In this document: positions 26,901 to 40,459 of the stretch, piece after piece
Numbering within the stretch: position 1 is the stretch's first letter
Layout of the letters: every line of letters starts with the position of its first letter
Source: Antedon mediterranea
Taxonomy: Eukaryota; Animalia; Echinodermata
Length of the DNA: 64,000 bases
Assembly (NCBI RefSeq): GCF_964355755.1
Contig: NC_092672.1
Coordinates: 2,232,001 to 2,296,000, forward strand
Direction of reading: 5' to 3'
Notes under the pieces: generated by a model
What the model was told of the DNA's origin: nothing
Databases searched by the model: none
What the model saw: the letters and a program-made list of their open reading frames with translations, nothing else
Translations under genes and position numbers: made by a program

Positions 26901-28692
26901 TTTGGTCAAAGTGAATAACTATACAGTATATAACATTAAAAAAAAATTTTCAGAGGGAAAATACATCTTTAACAAAATACATACTGTACACTTGGGTTGG
27001 ACATACCTGTTCGTTATATATTTCTAAGTACGAGGCTGTTAACGTGTAGCTACTATCTGGTGCCTGCTTGATGACATCAAAGAGATGAGAGAATGATCTT
27101 TGTATAAGACCGCTTGATAGTGAATCTTGCTGTACCTGGTAACAACAATTATTATTATTTCTTAATAGCAATTTCATAACAAACGTACAAATACAACACA
27201 TTTTAAAAATAATAAATAAACTCTATTTTCCAGAAAAATACAGAAAAAACAGGAGGAATAAACGATGGAAGTCTGTCATCAAAATAATGTAGAAAAGACT
27301 AGAGCTCTGTCTACACTATTAAACTAGTTTGACAAATGTACTGTATGATGTGGCCAAATATGGTAGTGATATGATGTCACCATGTCCATATATGAGCACA
27401 TCACATTAATTTTGATGTGTAGACTTAATTCCTGTGCTTAGCTTAGAAAACTTGATGGTGGTGGTAGTAGTACATAGTGAAATGATTTTATTAATACAAG
27501 GCAATGTACTGTTCAAAAAAGTAAGAGGCTATAAGTCTAAACCATTTATATGGCTGAGACGAGTAGGGGGTTACCCCGGTGTATTAGTACATCACAGCCA
27601 CTGATCACAATTGGGCCCTCTGGGAGACCAGTCTTTGACTGAAGAAGTTACCCAGTATAAATATATATTTCAATCAATCAATCAAACCCTCTATTCCATT
27701 TTACACTAAAAACAGGTTGTATCTGTGGTATAAAAATGTATTATGGTGTTTACAGCTCTGTTGCAACTTACACTGGGAACAGGTCCCGTTATGGTGTAGG
27801 TTTTACCCGACCCCGTCTGACCGTACGCAAATGTTGTGCACGCGTAGCCATCCAGAGCCATGTCCACCATTCTCTTGATGCCGCATTTATCCATGAACTC
27901 CTCCTGCGATACATCCGCGTCACAGACTGCGTTGAAGGTGAACTTCTTGGACTTTCCATTTATTTGGTCAATCTGATGGCAAAGATACAGAAATCAATTC
28001 AACAACTACAGTTAACTCTCCCAATACTGGACTCTCTGAAAACCAGAAACTCCCTAAGCCAGACTTTTCTTGAGGTCCAACATTGAGTCATTGTTACCAT
28101 TAAAACCAGGCATATTAGGCAATTCCAAATTTAAAGCAATGCCACATGTGACACTGTATTTAGGAATGTGCCTATGATACTACACAAACTATGACATTTG
28201 ACTGATACATCAGGCTTTGTAATCACACACAAGATTACTGTAAAAGGAATAACAATAACAAACCTTGAATGGTACAGTTACCTCTTTATATAGTAACAAA
28301 TGTATCGATTAGTAATCAATAACAATCAATAGGTAAGGTGGTATAGTGTATCTAAAACCACATTAAGCACAATTGACCAATCTGCAATAAATGTACAGGT
28401 AGCTGTGACCACCTCATTTTGACTTTTAGGGAGACATGCAAATTAAAGGAAGGAAAATGGTATTCATTTTGGGATATTTTATTATAATAAGCTATTTATG
28501 AAGACAATACTTACAGTAATAGAGCTATGACCTGTAAATGTCACAAAATTGCCATCTTTCCGTTTCTTCTCCGTATCATTAAGCGGCCTAACTCTATAAG
28601 ATAAAAATCAAAAACTTAGATTAAAACATTTTTGTGTGTAAATACTAAAACTAAAATAACTTTTCTAAAAATAATTAAAAACGAGTTTGTGT

Positions 28693-28740
<48 letters not shown>

Positions 28741-31700
28741 CGAAACAGTCTAGATTAATTTTTTCAATATGATTTTTTTTTTCATTTTTTACACAAATGA
28801 ACCCGGTTTACCGGTGTACAGTACATTTTTTTCTTGTATTTGTTGATAGAAAACTCAACACTATGGTTCGTAGGGTTAAAACGTGAGACAGTAAACATTG
28901 TCATCTATACTCATGCCTTTTAACTCCAAAACAGAAACTTAAGCCAGCACAAACTGTTGCTTTAAGCAAAAGAACTTAGAAATAAACCGCAATAGTTTTG
29001 ATGGAGGGCTTTACAAATTTCAATCAAATAAAGTATTGCCTTATTTGGTTGAATGCATTTGGTAAACATCCTAAGGGGATCGGATAATGATATTGCTTGT
29101 AGTTAAAATATTACACTAGATATAAACTGAGTTGATGTCGCAGGTCAAATATCTCTGCAGGGATGTTTAACAAGTTACACACCTCTGACAATGACAGTGT
29201 GAATCTTCTTATACCTGTGGCATGATTGTGATATGTCTTTGTTGACAACAGGAGCAATAAGACTACTGTGATGTCATGGGTGCTGAGAGGCAGACTAATC
29301 AGGGGAGCAGTAATGCGTTCAGGGAATTACAACCTGCTGTGAGGAGTCTAGACCACTTTTGTGGTTAAAACTAAATTGAACATATTCATGCAGTTGTGGT
29401 ATAATTATAGGAAATCATAACATTCAGTCATTAAAATTATTCATTATAAAGACATTTTAAAGATGTGTAAGATGTAATTGCTGTGATTAGTCTCTTAATT
29501 AAGTCAATTGGGAATAATTATTATTGTTACATAATCAAGAGATTACATAGAAATAGGAATCTTTTGTTTTGAGACTCTGCACATGTAAGGAATAGCTCTA
29601 TATTCTAATATTGATAACCATTTTAAACAATGGATTTTGAATAGTCACATAAGAAGCAGAATATGTTCTATTTATCAACCACTCCCATGGGTCTAGTTTC
29701 AAATATGACAAGGTACTGTATCCAATTTAAAGAGTTTCATATTGTTTCTTTCTTTGTAAACAAAAATACCAAAGCTATTAAATAGAGTCGGATTTGTTCT
29801 GTACCTCCTGCAAAACAATTAACAGCACTAAACAAAAATCATTCATTGTGCAAAGAGCAAGTTGATGTCTCTTTTGTATATTGTTTAATCATTAAAAAAG
29901 CTGACAAACATGATTTAAATCCTCAGATTTGTTTGTCCCACCTACTGTATCTCCTGCCTCTATCTTTATACCTGTATAAACCTTAAATTATAATTTATTT
30001 AATTATTTTAAAAGCTTATAAATATTAACAGAATAAAAGTGGCACACTATCACATATAAAGTAGCCCTTTGTTTAAATATTATAACAAGCTAAAAATATG
30101 CATCACCATCTTAACCCAATGTACAGTAGTCTGGCAGGGCAATAAATCGTTCACTTTTTCAAACATTTTATTTTTTTGGGCTGCAGAAGAATTCAAATGT
30201 CAGAATCAGTTCAGACGAACAAAACTATCTTTGTTAAAATATTAAAATAATATTGAATGTGTGATTATAATAATGCAAGCTATTTCAACCTGAACAATAC
30301 AGGTTACAATAGAAGACCAGAGCCAGAAAAAAAAATCCACTTTCACATTATTTTTTTAGCCCCATAACTGAAAATTGATACCAGAGTGTTGTTATGAAGC
30401 TTGCGGTTACTAAGCAACCAGCGAAACATTGTCAGGTGGCTGGTATTTTTGACCCCTAGTTCTTCTTGTTTGCAACAGTGGAGTGTTTAATAAGGTTTGT
30501 TGATTTTAAACTTGACTTCTTTTCATCAGGTTAATCTAAAAGTAACCGATACAAAATACATTCTATTCCAAAGGGGTATGTTACTTTTTTGATCGGAAGT
30601 TACTCTATTGAATGAAGCAACTGATTCAAACTATAATAATTCTGAGACAATTTGTGCTCTAAAGGCTTTTCAAACCACACAGGGGATTGGAATTACAGTA
30701 CAGTATACCAGGGCCATAGCACTGCACCACTTTATTGTAATTCTGATTGCTACGGCACTGTTTTTTTTTTTGCCACAACACCATCATATGGTACAACAAC
30801 AACAAAAAAGATTGATATTACAGTAATGTACAGATGAGATAGGGGGGAGATTTAGGAATTTTAAATGAAGGAGAGAGCTAAAATTTAATAAATTAATAGT
30901 CTGTCAAAAAATAGATATCAAACAGCAGTTCATAATTTCATTTTTGCTGCCAAAGAGATGCAGGGAACATCAAAGAATTTTGTTTAGCTTACAGTGCTGA
31001 TCAATCTGAATGTAAAGCTCTGTCTACACTATAAAACTAGTTTGACAAAAAAGTGTGATGTGCTGATATGGTGGTGATATGCTCAAATATGGTAGTGATA
31101 TGACATCATCATGTCCATATGGACACATCATATTTTTTTGTTCACATAAAGTTGATAGTGTGGACAGAGCTTTAAAGTATTTCCTTCTTTGAAATTAAAA
31201 TATGACAGGTTTGATAACATTGATAGGTTTGACAAAAAATGAAATGAAAAAATCTAAATCAACAATGTATTTCACAAATGAATATTTCTACCATTATTAA
31301 TACAATGTCAAAAGTTCATATTGAATTCAATGTGCAATATATTTTTAGCACCTTAAACAAAATAATATAACAGGAGTCTGAATTACGTGTTCAATTAATG
31401 AGAAAAAGCGACAAAATACCTCAGCTGCAAGACGCCTTTAATCACATCGCTTTCACAGAATTTGTAAAAATCAATAATTTTCAATAAAAAAGTGTGATGA
31501 AAAAATTATGTATTTTTTTCCTTTGTCACGTCTGGTCTAAATCTGTGTTCACATTGGTCTAAATCTATGTTCACACTGGTCAAAAGCTGTGTTCACACTG
31601 GTCTAAAGTGTGTTTATACTGGTAAAAAAATGTGTTCACACTAGTCAGAAGCTATGTTCACACTGGTCTAAAGCTGTGTTTACACTGGTCCAAAGTTATG

Positions 31701-34700
31701 TTTACACCGGTCTAAAGCTGTGTTCACATGGATTCGGTACAGGTACATCTAAGTCACTCTAATTTATCCTACTGTACCAATAAAAGACATAACAAACTTA
31801 GTGAAAAAATTACTTGCGTTGTGGTACATTGTGTCGCATCCTAGTGGGAACCAAGCTTTATATAATCGTGGTTAGACCGTTGCTTAGAAACTATATTTTT
31901 CAAAATTTCCTTGAATTTTTTTATATTAAAGTCAAACATGAAGAAGGTAATGAAATAGGATGATTTCAATGTAGTGTATTGGCAGGTGCTATACAATGAT
32001 GTAAAGTGAAATTGATTTTCTCATTTCATTAAATGTACAAGGTAATTTAATCTATTTCAAATAAAAAAATTATTTGTATCAAGGCATACTTTTCTGTATA
32101 AACTCAACAAGCTATATAAAATACATGGTTTGATATTTTGTCTACTTAATTAATTAATATTATTAATATTGTTATTACACTTTTTTTGTGGTAAAGAAGG
32201 GGATTAAAATTGACAGTAAAAATCTTGTTAATATAATCATCATGTACCTGTAATTGATATGAATATACTGTGTATATATTTTTTCTATTTTGACAATAAA
32301 TTAAAACTTTGTTGATTTTAGAAATTTTTCACTCACCATCTTTTTAAAATTCAATAAAAAGAATAACTATCAAAAGGTACTGAAAAATTAGAAACCTTTC
32401 TTTTTGTGAATAGTTTTATTTTTATTTTAGTAACTAAAGTGGTGTTGCAATTAGTAATAGTAAGAAAATTATGTTAAAATGTTTTTTCTTGTTGGTTGAA
32501 AAAGAAGAAATTACCGTAGAATCTGACAGAATCTTTATCCAAATATTTTTTTACAAAATTTTCCTTTTTTTTCCTATGCTAATCAGAATGTAGAAAAGTT
32601 TAGGGACAGGTCAAAAATATAAAGGGCGGGTAAGACTGAGAGACATAATATTAAAACAGGTTACTTCCAGGTGCCAAGAGTGGAAGAAATTAAAATGATT
32701 TAAACTCTGTCTACACTAACAAACTAGATTGACAAAGTGTGAAGTGCCCAAATACGGTTGTAGTGATATGATTAAATATGGTAGTGATATGAAATCATAA
32801 TGTACATATGCTCATTACAACTTTTTTTGTCACATGTTTTTGATAGTGTGGACAGAGCTTTAGAATGGGTAGGAGTACAAAATCTTAATGTCCTGTCCAC
32901 ATCTGGCCAGCACAATTTCATCCTTGGTAATTAATTATATAAATTTGCTTGAACATAATTAATCAATGTTTACTGTACATAAAATTATGTTACAGTATTA
33001 ACATTTCAAAATGCCAGACACACTGCAATACGCATTTGATATTCTCTGTTATCATTGTTAATTTGTTAACACAGGTAATTTAAAAGCGACCACGTAAACA
33101 GGAAGGAGCAAGCTATGGAACAGGTGCTTTGAAAGGCAACATGCCTTGATAAACACTATTGTTGCTATCACCAAGCCACCTGTAAATCACTGCATAAATG
33201 AAGAACACTGATGATCATCATTATCAGTCGTTATTATTTAATTTTTGCAGGATAAATTATTTAATTATATGGCAGACGTGGATATTGTTGAGTTCATTTT
33301 ATGACCAGTGTATTCATTGATTTTTTTTATCTATTTATTATTTTTTTATTTCATACTGTACGCATCCACAATCAAGCACAAACTCGTAAATGAAAATCAA
33401 TGAAATAGTACTGTATCATTTAAGGCTTAGTGGAGTTGAAAGAGTTGTGAGTTACAACCCTGGCATTAAGTCATGATTGAACCCTGAACCTTGTGATTGG
33501 AAGGCAAGCATGTTAACCACCAAGATACAGCTCCACTACACTGTACTGAGGAAGAGTGTAGTGTATCACTCACCACAGTGATGAGCCACTGTGTCCAGTG
33601 TACAGTACAGTTAGTAAATAATATCAATTTATTTTCTCCATTGTTATCTAATGTTTGGTTCTCATGGCAAACGCAACACATGGATGTAACGCAACGTGAT
33701 GCGACCAATCACAAGCAGTTGCGTCTCTAGTACGAACCAGGCTTTAAAAAAATAATTTCAAAGGGCATGTGATTTTTTATAGGCTATTTTGCTTATTCTT
33801 TTCATCATACAGATACAGATCTTATATTGTCATACAAACCAAAGTAGTACAGTCACTTTATACTGATATCGTTTTTCTTTTTAAGATATTCAATTCTAAT
33901 ATAATTAATACTGACAATTTATTTAAAGATGTATTGTCCCTTAAAACACAAAAAAATGAAGGTCAGAATATTCTAAATTTAAATTGGCCACATCAAAGTA
34001 ATAAAGTTATTCACTTTAAGTCAAAAATTCGAGCCAAAAACAACAAGTTTACATAATTAACAGATAAATTAATTTGATTAAATGTCGTCTGGAAAATTGT
34101 CGCGATCGAAAGTAAACAAAGATTTCAAATCATGAGTATGCATTATGCATGATGCTAATTAGGATTGTTTACAACTCGTCACGGTTGAGAAGGTGTTCAA
34201 GCCAAACAAGCGTGTTGCATTATGAGATATGTTTTGATCGAAAACTTTGACTGGTCCGGAAGTCAAAGTTATTTTTTGAACAAAAAAACGTCTGTATTTC
34301 AGTAAAATAAATTTTTTTTCGACTAATTTTTTGTGAAAGTTAATAACTATTATGATACTTCTAAATGACTCACTTTTTTTCAAAATCTTTTTTTTTAAAT
34401 TTTTTTGGAATTAGTCAAAGGGACAATACATTTAAAATCATATTAATATTTCTGTTAGTTCTTTTAAAACCAAATTACTAAAATTATCTCAATATTTATT
34501 TTTTAAATAATTTTGATATTGAAAATGTGTGTAGTTGGTCGCTTTCTTGTAGATGCTTTAATTGTAGAACGAATTTATTTATTTAATTTTTTCTTTTTTT
34601 TTCTGTGCTCTGTTCTGGGTTGACCAACTAGTATAGGTATTTAGCACCTGTTTGGTCTTTCTGTGCCTCCTTTTATAATTGTTTAGTCTTCTTTGTAATG

Positions 34701-37266
34701 GCAGAAATTGAATAAATACAAACAATTACAAAAAGTATGAAATTTGTCTTTTTGTTGCGAAGAAGAATACAACACATGAAAAAAAACGAAAAAACATCAT
34801 CAAAGCTGTTTGCTTGTGGGTACTCCAGATTGTGTTACTATTCAAAGAATAGAAATAGGTCAGAAATATGACAAATTAATCAATAGGGCCAATGGATGGT
34901 CTTAATACCAATAACAGCATTATTAAGTTAACAGCATTATTTAAGTTAACCACAAAAAAGCATTTCTATGGTTCATAACTATTTGCACACATGCATGGAT
35001 GCGATTAATACATTACTTATTAATAATATATTTATATAGTTTCATATCATTCAGTTCAATCGTTAAATGGAAAATGCAAATATTGACTTAAACATCATTA
35101 CGATATACAGTATATCTGATATGCAGGGGACTAACCGGTGGTGGACTTATCTTATTGTTTAAAAGAACTATGAGTTGATTGATTTAGTTCAAAGTGCAGC
35201 ACCTCGGGCCATGCGGAATGACAACACAAACATAACGATTTTTCATACACTTTCATTAATGTGCTATTTACAGTTAATACCTTTTTTAGGAAGTTAAGTT
35301 TTACATAATACGAGCTCTATAGAATATGATATGTTTTGAATGCAAACTTAAAATGTACTTTAATATTACGTACTGTATCCAGGGAGGTATGTATCTCAGT
35401 AGGCCTACTACGTACTGTATCCAGGGAGGTATGTACAGTATCTCAGTAGGCCTACTGTCCGATTATTCAAATTACAAATTTAAACTGTACCTTGCAACTA
35501 CTCTTACATTAGCTCCATCTTCAACATCCGCATCATCTAGTTGCGAAGTTGCAGAATTTAACGTACTCCTTGAATGAAAGAAAAAAAATTGAAAAAAGAT
35601 TTATTCAAATGATTAATTTTGTATAATACTAATAGAGAAAAAAATAAAATATAGAGAAATAAATATAGAGAAAAAATGTGTGTGGGGGGGGGGGGGTTGA
35701 GGGATAGTATAGGTATCACACTGATATAATTATATTACTTTTACTGTAATAAGTTTTACAAAATTGTGTATTATTAAAATATTATAGGGTAAGAAGTATG
35801 TTTCCTATACAGAATACAGTTACTGTACATAACATACAAAATGAATACATTTTATATTTGTCAGGGTTTGAAATTTAATTTTTAATCCCTAGTCAACCTA
35901 GATGTAAATTCAAAACTAACAAAATGAGCAACCCAATATAGCACTGTTTTGGTAAATTAATAATTCACAGAATTTCGCAAATAAAATACCTTTGCTAGAC
36001 TAAATCGTAAACTATATTAAAAAAAAGATTAAAACAAACACAATATACTGTAGCTTTGAAATTTTTAACTAGCAATTATGACAAATCAACTTAACAAATT
36101 GCTAGTTTGCTTGTGTGAATTTAAAGACCTGTATTTGATCATTGAGAAAACTACAGTATGTACATTCTCCATGATCGGGTACACAGGATAATTAATAACA
36201 ATAAAATACAATAGTCAATAAATCAATTCAGTACATGTTGCTATATTTACTTGGCTTCTATAAGTAGACTCACTTGGCCATCGATTTCTTGCAATTGTTT
36301 AACTAGGTAGAGTTTATTAATAACATCTGGGTTTGTTTTCAAAGCCTACAATACTTTATTCCTATTAATAAGCGTTAAAATAAATTCATGCTCTGAAATT
36401 GAAAATGTTCATTATTTTTATTTAAAGAACATTAATTCTTTCCTATATGAATTAAGTCAAGCATTATTAGCTTTTCAAAATATATTAATGAATATATTTG
36501 TAAAATATTTTAAAACAGATTTTGTTGCTTTATTTTGTTAAAATTTCATTCAAAACACACTTGCAAATGTCACATTTTTTAAACAAAAATGTGCTTGCAT
36601 ACTGCGCCAACTACTGAAAAATTAAAGTATAAACAGCAAATTTAGTTAAAATCAGTTTTCGTATGAATCTGCTTGGAAACTGAGATAGTCTTCAAGAGCT
36701 ATCCAAGTTGTGGATATCTCGTATTGTAAAATACAGTATAAATTGATTATTGTAGTGTTAGGACGTCTATTGGGAAAATAAGAATATGGATTTTGAAGAG
36801 TGGCCGGTGGTTTCCACTTTTGAGAGGTCAAGTCTTGACATCAACTACACTATTAAGTATTATTAATGATGTGTGATAAAGCTCTGTCCTGAATAATTGT
36901 TAGGATTTCAGCTACAGCCAGACCTGGAGATGACCATTAAATAAATCTTATAAACAAAAGGTCAAGACACAAGAAGAAGTAGAATACAAGACTACATTTC
37001 ATTTGTTAATTAGAAACTTTACCGTTTAAAAAAGGCATATTCTACACAACCTACCGGATTGAACTGTCTATTGAAATCCCTGATAAAGTTGAACTTGTTG
37101 TTCTGTGAATTTTTTTCTCATTGTTTTCTTGTCTGCTTGAGCTTGTACTATTCATTAATGCTTCCGTTCCAAATAATTCATCATCTTTTGGCGATGAGTC
37201 TCCAAAAGTAGAGTCATCTAAACTCAAATCCAATCCTCTGTATTTATCAGGAAAGTCTTTTAACAT
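11915..37266 (-). CDS. KIF12: Kinesin-like protein KIF12 (kinesin-16 type), 18 coding exons, ~1087 aa
   Basis: Exons (-): 37055-37266, 35491-35568, 28515-28593, 27772-27972, 27007-27135, 24454-24589, 22833-22924, 22001-22154, 21549-21667, 20500-20604, 18533-18792, 16925-17125, 16017-16347, 15391-15653, 14793-15169, 14077-14343, 13528-13671, 11915-12030. All GT-AG with consistent phases; 3264 nt. Motor motifs [68 protein letters not shown]12-type [13 protein letters not shown] and [16 protein letters not shown]. Confidence 0.92.
12243..12683. repeat. 21 x 21-bp minisatellite (ATGCTCAAATATGGTAGTGAT) inside a family A MITE (~12211-12753)
   Basis: Near-perfect units continuing into the normal family A right half and TIR ending at 12753. 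Confidence 0.95.
13271..13504. mobile_element. MITE family A copy with ~100-bp CR1/L2-like 3'-UTR insert (~13361-13460)
   Basis: Both TIRs intact. Insert has a GAGGAGC..GCTCCTC stem and a GAAAT-repeat tail. Confidence 0.8.
13973..14057. mobile_element. 85-bp hAT-like MITE
   Basis: Termini CAGAGGCGGATCC...GGATCCACCACTG; perfect 8-bp TSD CATTAGTG. Confidence 0.85.
14521..14705. mobile_element. MITE family A copy (opposite orientation to the 13271 copy)
   Basis: Both TIRs and three 21-bp subrepeats. Confidence 0.88.
15770..15988 (+). mobile_element. Helentron-associated / DINE-1-like non-autonomous element
   Basis: Starts ACTAGAAGGGCACTCAGAGAGCGCAAACCTCCG; internal AC-rich microsatellite; 3' ACCTC..GGAGGT hairpin complementary to the 5' ACCTCC. 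Confidence 0.55.
16437..16715. repeat. 3 x ~89-bp tandem repeat derived from a Tc1/mariner-like MITE end
   Basis: Repeated ACACAGT(A/C)GAATCCATATTAAGAGGACACCTTCAGG..GGTGTCTCAATAGG. Confidence 0.85.
17411..18498. repeat. ~15.5 x 70-bp minisatellite in KIF12 intron 11
   Basis: Unit TATGACTAGGTCCAACACCTATTTAGGGGACACTCCTATTCCRGGACATGTTTATTAAAGGGTACCTTTT; bounded by TGGAATCC (~17341) and GGTTCTACTGTA (~18507-18518), which resemble MITE termini. Confidence 0.95.
19372..19531. mobile_element. MITE family A copy
   Basis: Both TIRs; TTAA-like flanks. Confidence 0.85.
21786..21941. mobile_element. MITE family A copy
   Basis: Left TIR slightly truncated, right TIR intact. A lone left TIR also lies at 22174-22195. 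Confidence 0.85.
23066..23223. mobile_element. MITE family B copy
   Basis: AAGCTTGGTTCCCACTA...TAGTGGGAACCAAGC. Confidence 0.85.
24643..24785. mobile_element. MITE family A copy
   Basis: Degenerate left TIR; right TIR TTTGATAGTGTGGACAGAGCT. Confidence 0.8.
25761..25938. mobile_element. MITE with CAGGG..CCCTG termini and 5-bp TSD (hAT5-like)
   Basis: TSD AAGTA on both sides. Near-identical copy at 44781-44955 with TSD GGTAA. Confidence 0.85.
26683..26968. mobile_element. Kolobok-like MITE (family C)
   Basis: Aligns by eye to 2477-2801; ends GGGAAAATACATCT followed by TTAA. Confidence 0.65.
27301..27426. mobile_element. MITE family A copy (degenerate)
   Basis: Left TIR, 21-bp subrepeat and eroded right TIR. 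Confidence 0.75.
27555..27685 (+). mobile_element. 3' part of a Deu/Nin-domain-like SINE
   Basis: GAGTAGGGGGTTACCCCGGTGT..CACAGCCACTGATCA shared with the 57519-57730 copy; (CAAT)n tail. Confidence 0.55.
31015..31172. mobile_element. MITE family A copy
   Basis: Both TIRs present. Confidence 0.88.
31533..31730. repeat. ~9 x ~22-bp degenerate tandem repeat TGGTCTAAAGCTGTGTTCACAC
   Basis: Visible periodicity; the unit resembles a Harbinger-type MITE terminus. Confidence 0.8.
32702..32860. mobile_element. MITE family A copy
   Basis: Both TIRs, diverged. Confidence 0.8.
33421..33537 (-). mobile_element. tRNA(Gly-like)-derived SINE head
   Basis: Minus strand AGTGGAGCTGTATCTTGGTGGTTAACATGCTTGCCTTCCAATCACAAGGTTCAGGGTTCAATC (A box, TCC anticodon-like loop, B box). 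Other copies at ~49368-49458 and ~61940-62004. Confidence 0.65.
33927..34432. mobile_element. Kolobok-like MITE (longer family C variant)
   Basis: TTAA + AGATGTATTGTCCC ... GGGACAATACAT + TTAA. Confidence 0.75.
35862..36131. mobile_element. hAT-like MITE (diverged)
   Basis: CAGGGTTTGAAATT...AATTTAAAGACCTG; imperfect TATTTG flanking duplication. Confidence 0.5.
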
Positions 37267-37504
37267 TTTGTCTCTAAAATGTGTTCAATCAAACAAGTTG
37301 TATGAACTTCTTTCTTACCGATCAATTATATCCTTCAAACTATATATTTACATAATGGAGCAGCAAAAAAAATAAACCTCTATTTATTTGTAACAAATAG
37401 TACTTTTTAGTTGTTCTGTACTTCTACTGTACTACCTGGCTGTGTAAAGTTTGCTGTACTTTGTACCGTAATTGTAGGCCCTTTATGCAATCAAGTCAAG
37501 ATAG

Positions 37505-37780
37505 AATGCAATAAACACACACACAGTTTTTAGCTAGCTGTCGCGTCCTGTTGCTAACGAATGCATACTTTCTTTCGTCAATCGTCCCCTTGAAGCGATG
37601 CTGGAGATCTTCTTCTAATCCTCCGACATTGTTGAATGTAACAAAAGCAATTTAGAACAAGTGACAAAGACTTGACTTGTTATCAAGTAACAATAGTGTT
37701 AGCGACCTACCCCTAACATTAACAATTGTACGTCATCAATCAAGGTGATTCCATCCCCTTTCAAGTGTTCCTAACAACCC
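37505..37780 (-). promoter_or_regulatory. KIF12 upstream region with RFX X-box-like and forkhead-like motifs
   Basis: GTTGCTAAC 37550, GTTATCAAGTAAC 37679-91, GTTCCTAACAAC 37767-78 and TAAACA ~37512, all 250-500 bp upstream of the ATG. Confidence 0.5.
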
Positions 37781-40459
37781 AGCAGCAGCAGAAGGCAAAT
37801 CCCGAGGAGGCTTGCGGGCGGTGAACTTGAATAGTTTAAAAAAGAAATACTCATGCTGTCCTTGGATCTTGTAATAGTCTCGTCTAGGCCTATGAGGTTT
37901 TATAGAATATGTCTTTCAAAAGAACATTTATACTAATAATGTTCCTGTTATTAAAACTACCACGAACTTGTATGTCCATTTTCAAGCGAATTCCGTGTGT
38001 GCTGATTGAAGTCCACACACGAACTGTGATCTTCGTTTTCAATTTACAATGGTTTGTTCCATTGTATTAAAAGATGATGTTGTTTTTCATTCACCGTAAA
38101 CTCAAATATTATACATTATTTTTCAATATATTTTAAAGATTGTGTATTCTAATGAGATGCATACGTGTTTACTAACTAAAAAATACATATTACTTTGTAC
38201 AATAATAGTACATTTAAAATATGGGCGTGAAAAAACAATCCCTACAACTAAATAGACGTTTCCAAACTAATTGCGTTAAAAATAATTTCGGGGAAATATG
38301 CAGTGCAAAAAATGTGGTGGTCAGCGATGGGAGTTGTAATGTCAATGGAGTTCAAGTGTGTGTCTGGGTGTCCCATACCCAAAATAATTTAGTATACTGT
38401 ATCTATCTAGCCTACACTAGATATTCAAAACGTAGGCCTACTTGTTGTTGCACACATTCTCAACAAACGAAGAGAGACACGTATAACAATTATTGAGGCG
38501 GCGTTCAAACGAATGGAAATTATGACATTTGTACGCGCGCGTATACTTTTTGTCCCTTTGCGCGTGGTTTCAGTAATTAACTTATTTAAAAAAAACTTGT
38601 TAGTACTGTAGAAGGCCTGCTGTATAATGAAATAAGAATAAACTGAAAATTAATGAATAATTCTTAAACTAGCTAACTAGCGTTGCATTACTTACTTTGA
38701 ATCGATTGAGTGTGTAGAAGTCCCGGATGAACGTCTTATATCATTTTGTACTTCTGCTTTCTGTATTGTTTTTATCTCCTTTACTAATGGCATCGCCACC
38801 ATAATTTATAATAAACAGTATTGTAAAATAACTGTGCATCGATAAATTACCTTGTAATGAAGGGAATCTATTTGTGTCAATGGACCACACCGATGACAGA
38901 AGTCACTCCAGTCAGCGTTTTAATTTCGCTTCAGTTTTATTATTTAGAGTCTCCGCGGCGATTCATTGATACTCAATATTCATTTATGCTAAATCCAAAA
39001 ATAAAAAGTTAGAATATTTTTTGACAACATTTCCAAAATCGTTAAAGGTTGCGCGTATCGTCTGCTAGTACCTTGTAAACTGACGTTTTAATTTTTTTTT
39101 TTATGAACATCGGAACAAACAAGCGAATTAATCCAACAGACAAAATGTGTTCATGTGTTTACTCTAATAACAGTTCTTATAAATGAAATAAATCCGATGT
39201 GAACGGACTGTTAGAGTTTCATCGATTCCACTTCTTGAATAATCCAGTGCAGATGAAGTCGTTACAAAAATAAACACTCGTCGTAATACACTACATCACT
39301 AATGACGATTACAACACCTTAGGCAATCACATATAGGAACCTATATGAGCTTTGCTCGATTCAACTAACAGGATTTTATTTTTAACTGAATCAACATTTT
39401 CTAATCAAAAACAAACAGTTCTTAATATTGCTACATTTCACTGTAACTAGGCTGTCATTAGACCGCACAGACCACCCACTGTGTTTATTGGTTAAATTCA
39501 ATATATATCTGCGCTCATAAATATAAATACGAAAATATTTCTTTTGTTGTAAAAAGTAATTTAGAGAGTAATTTACATAAGATCCACCTGTAGACCTACA
39601 GCAAATCATTCTCATTTGTGACAAAGATGTACTCAAAAGAAACTGTTAAAAATAGAGGGCGCTATACATAATTACTATTTCTTCAGAAATATCAGTGAGT
39701 AGAGAGATTTTGACTTTGTGTTTTGAAATCTTTGATTAAATGCATGAAATAATAAAGCTACGGCGTGGATAATCTTTTGATTCATTCATTTTAATCTCTT
39801 TGTTTTGTTGCGGTATAGAGATCTTTTTAGTTTGAGTTTTTAATATTACTATTTTTAAATTTTGGTACAATATTTTTTTTTTTTTTTCAGTTACTGTACT
39901 ACTTAAACCTTGTTTGTATTTCTTTTCTTTTTAACTCATTGTATATTGCATAAGTGACGTACGACTACGATAACGATCGATTCGGCGGTTGACTAGTTTA
40001 TTTTGTATCTGTTTTTATTAATTTGTATCTGTTGAATGTCTGTATATAACGCACCGTAGTTGTAAAGGTGTAGTTTCAATAAAATTATTTATTTATAATT
40101 ATTTATCTCACCGAAAGCTGGCGCTATGCTTGGCGATAAAAACTTGGGAACGGAGTGTTTTTGTCATAAAACTACCTCCGATCAGTTCGAGATTTTTTGT
40201 AGTGTAATTATATGGTGAAAGCTGTGTACCACAAAACGTGAGTTCATAAAAATTATATTTATATATTCCATCTATTAATGACCACATTACCAATTTGTTA
40301 ATTGAATATGTATTTAAAGTATAATAATTACGTTTGTTTTTCTAGGCCCACAACTTCTTGATCAACTGAAGGAAGAAAGTCGATTAGACAGCCCTTTTAA
40401 GTGTGGTCTGTAGTTGGCCTAGGAAGCTTAGATTGATTGAAACCGGAACAGACAAAGAA

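Noticed and set aside
28696-28734. 39-nt poly(T) as a retrocopy tail
   Set aside because: No adjacent cDNA-like sequence or clear TSD; probably homopolymer expansion.
33421-33537. tRNA-Gly gene
   Set aside because: The cloverleaf is degenerate, and the sequence continues into a body shared by several dispersed copies, so it is a SINE head.
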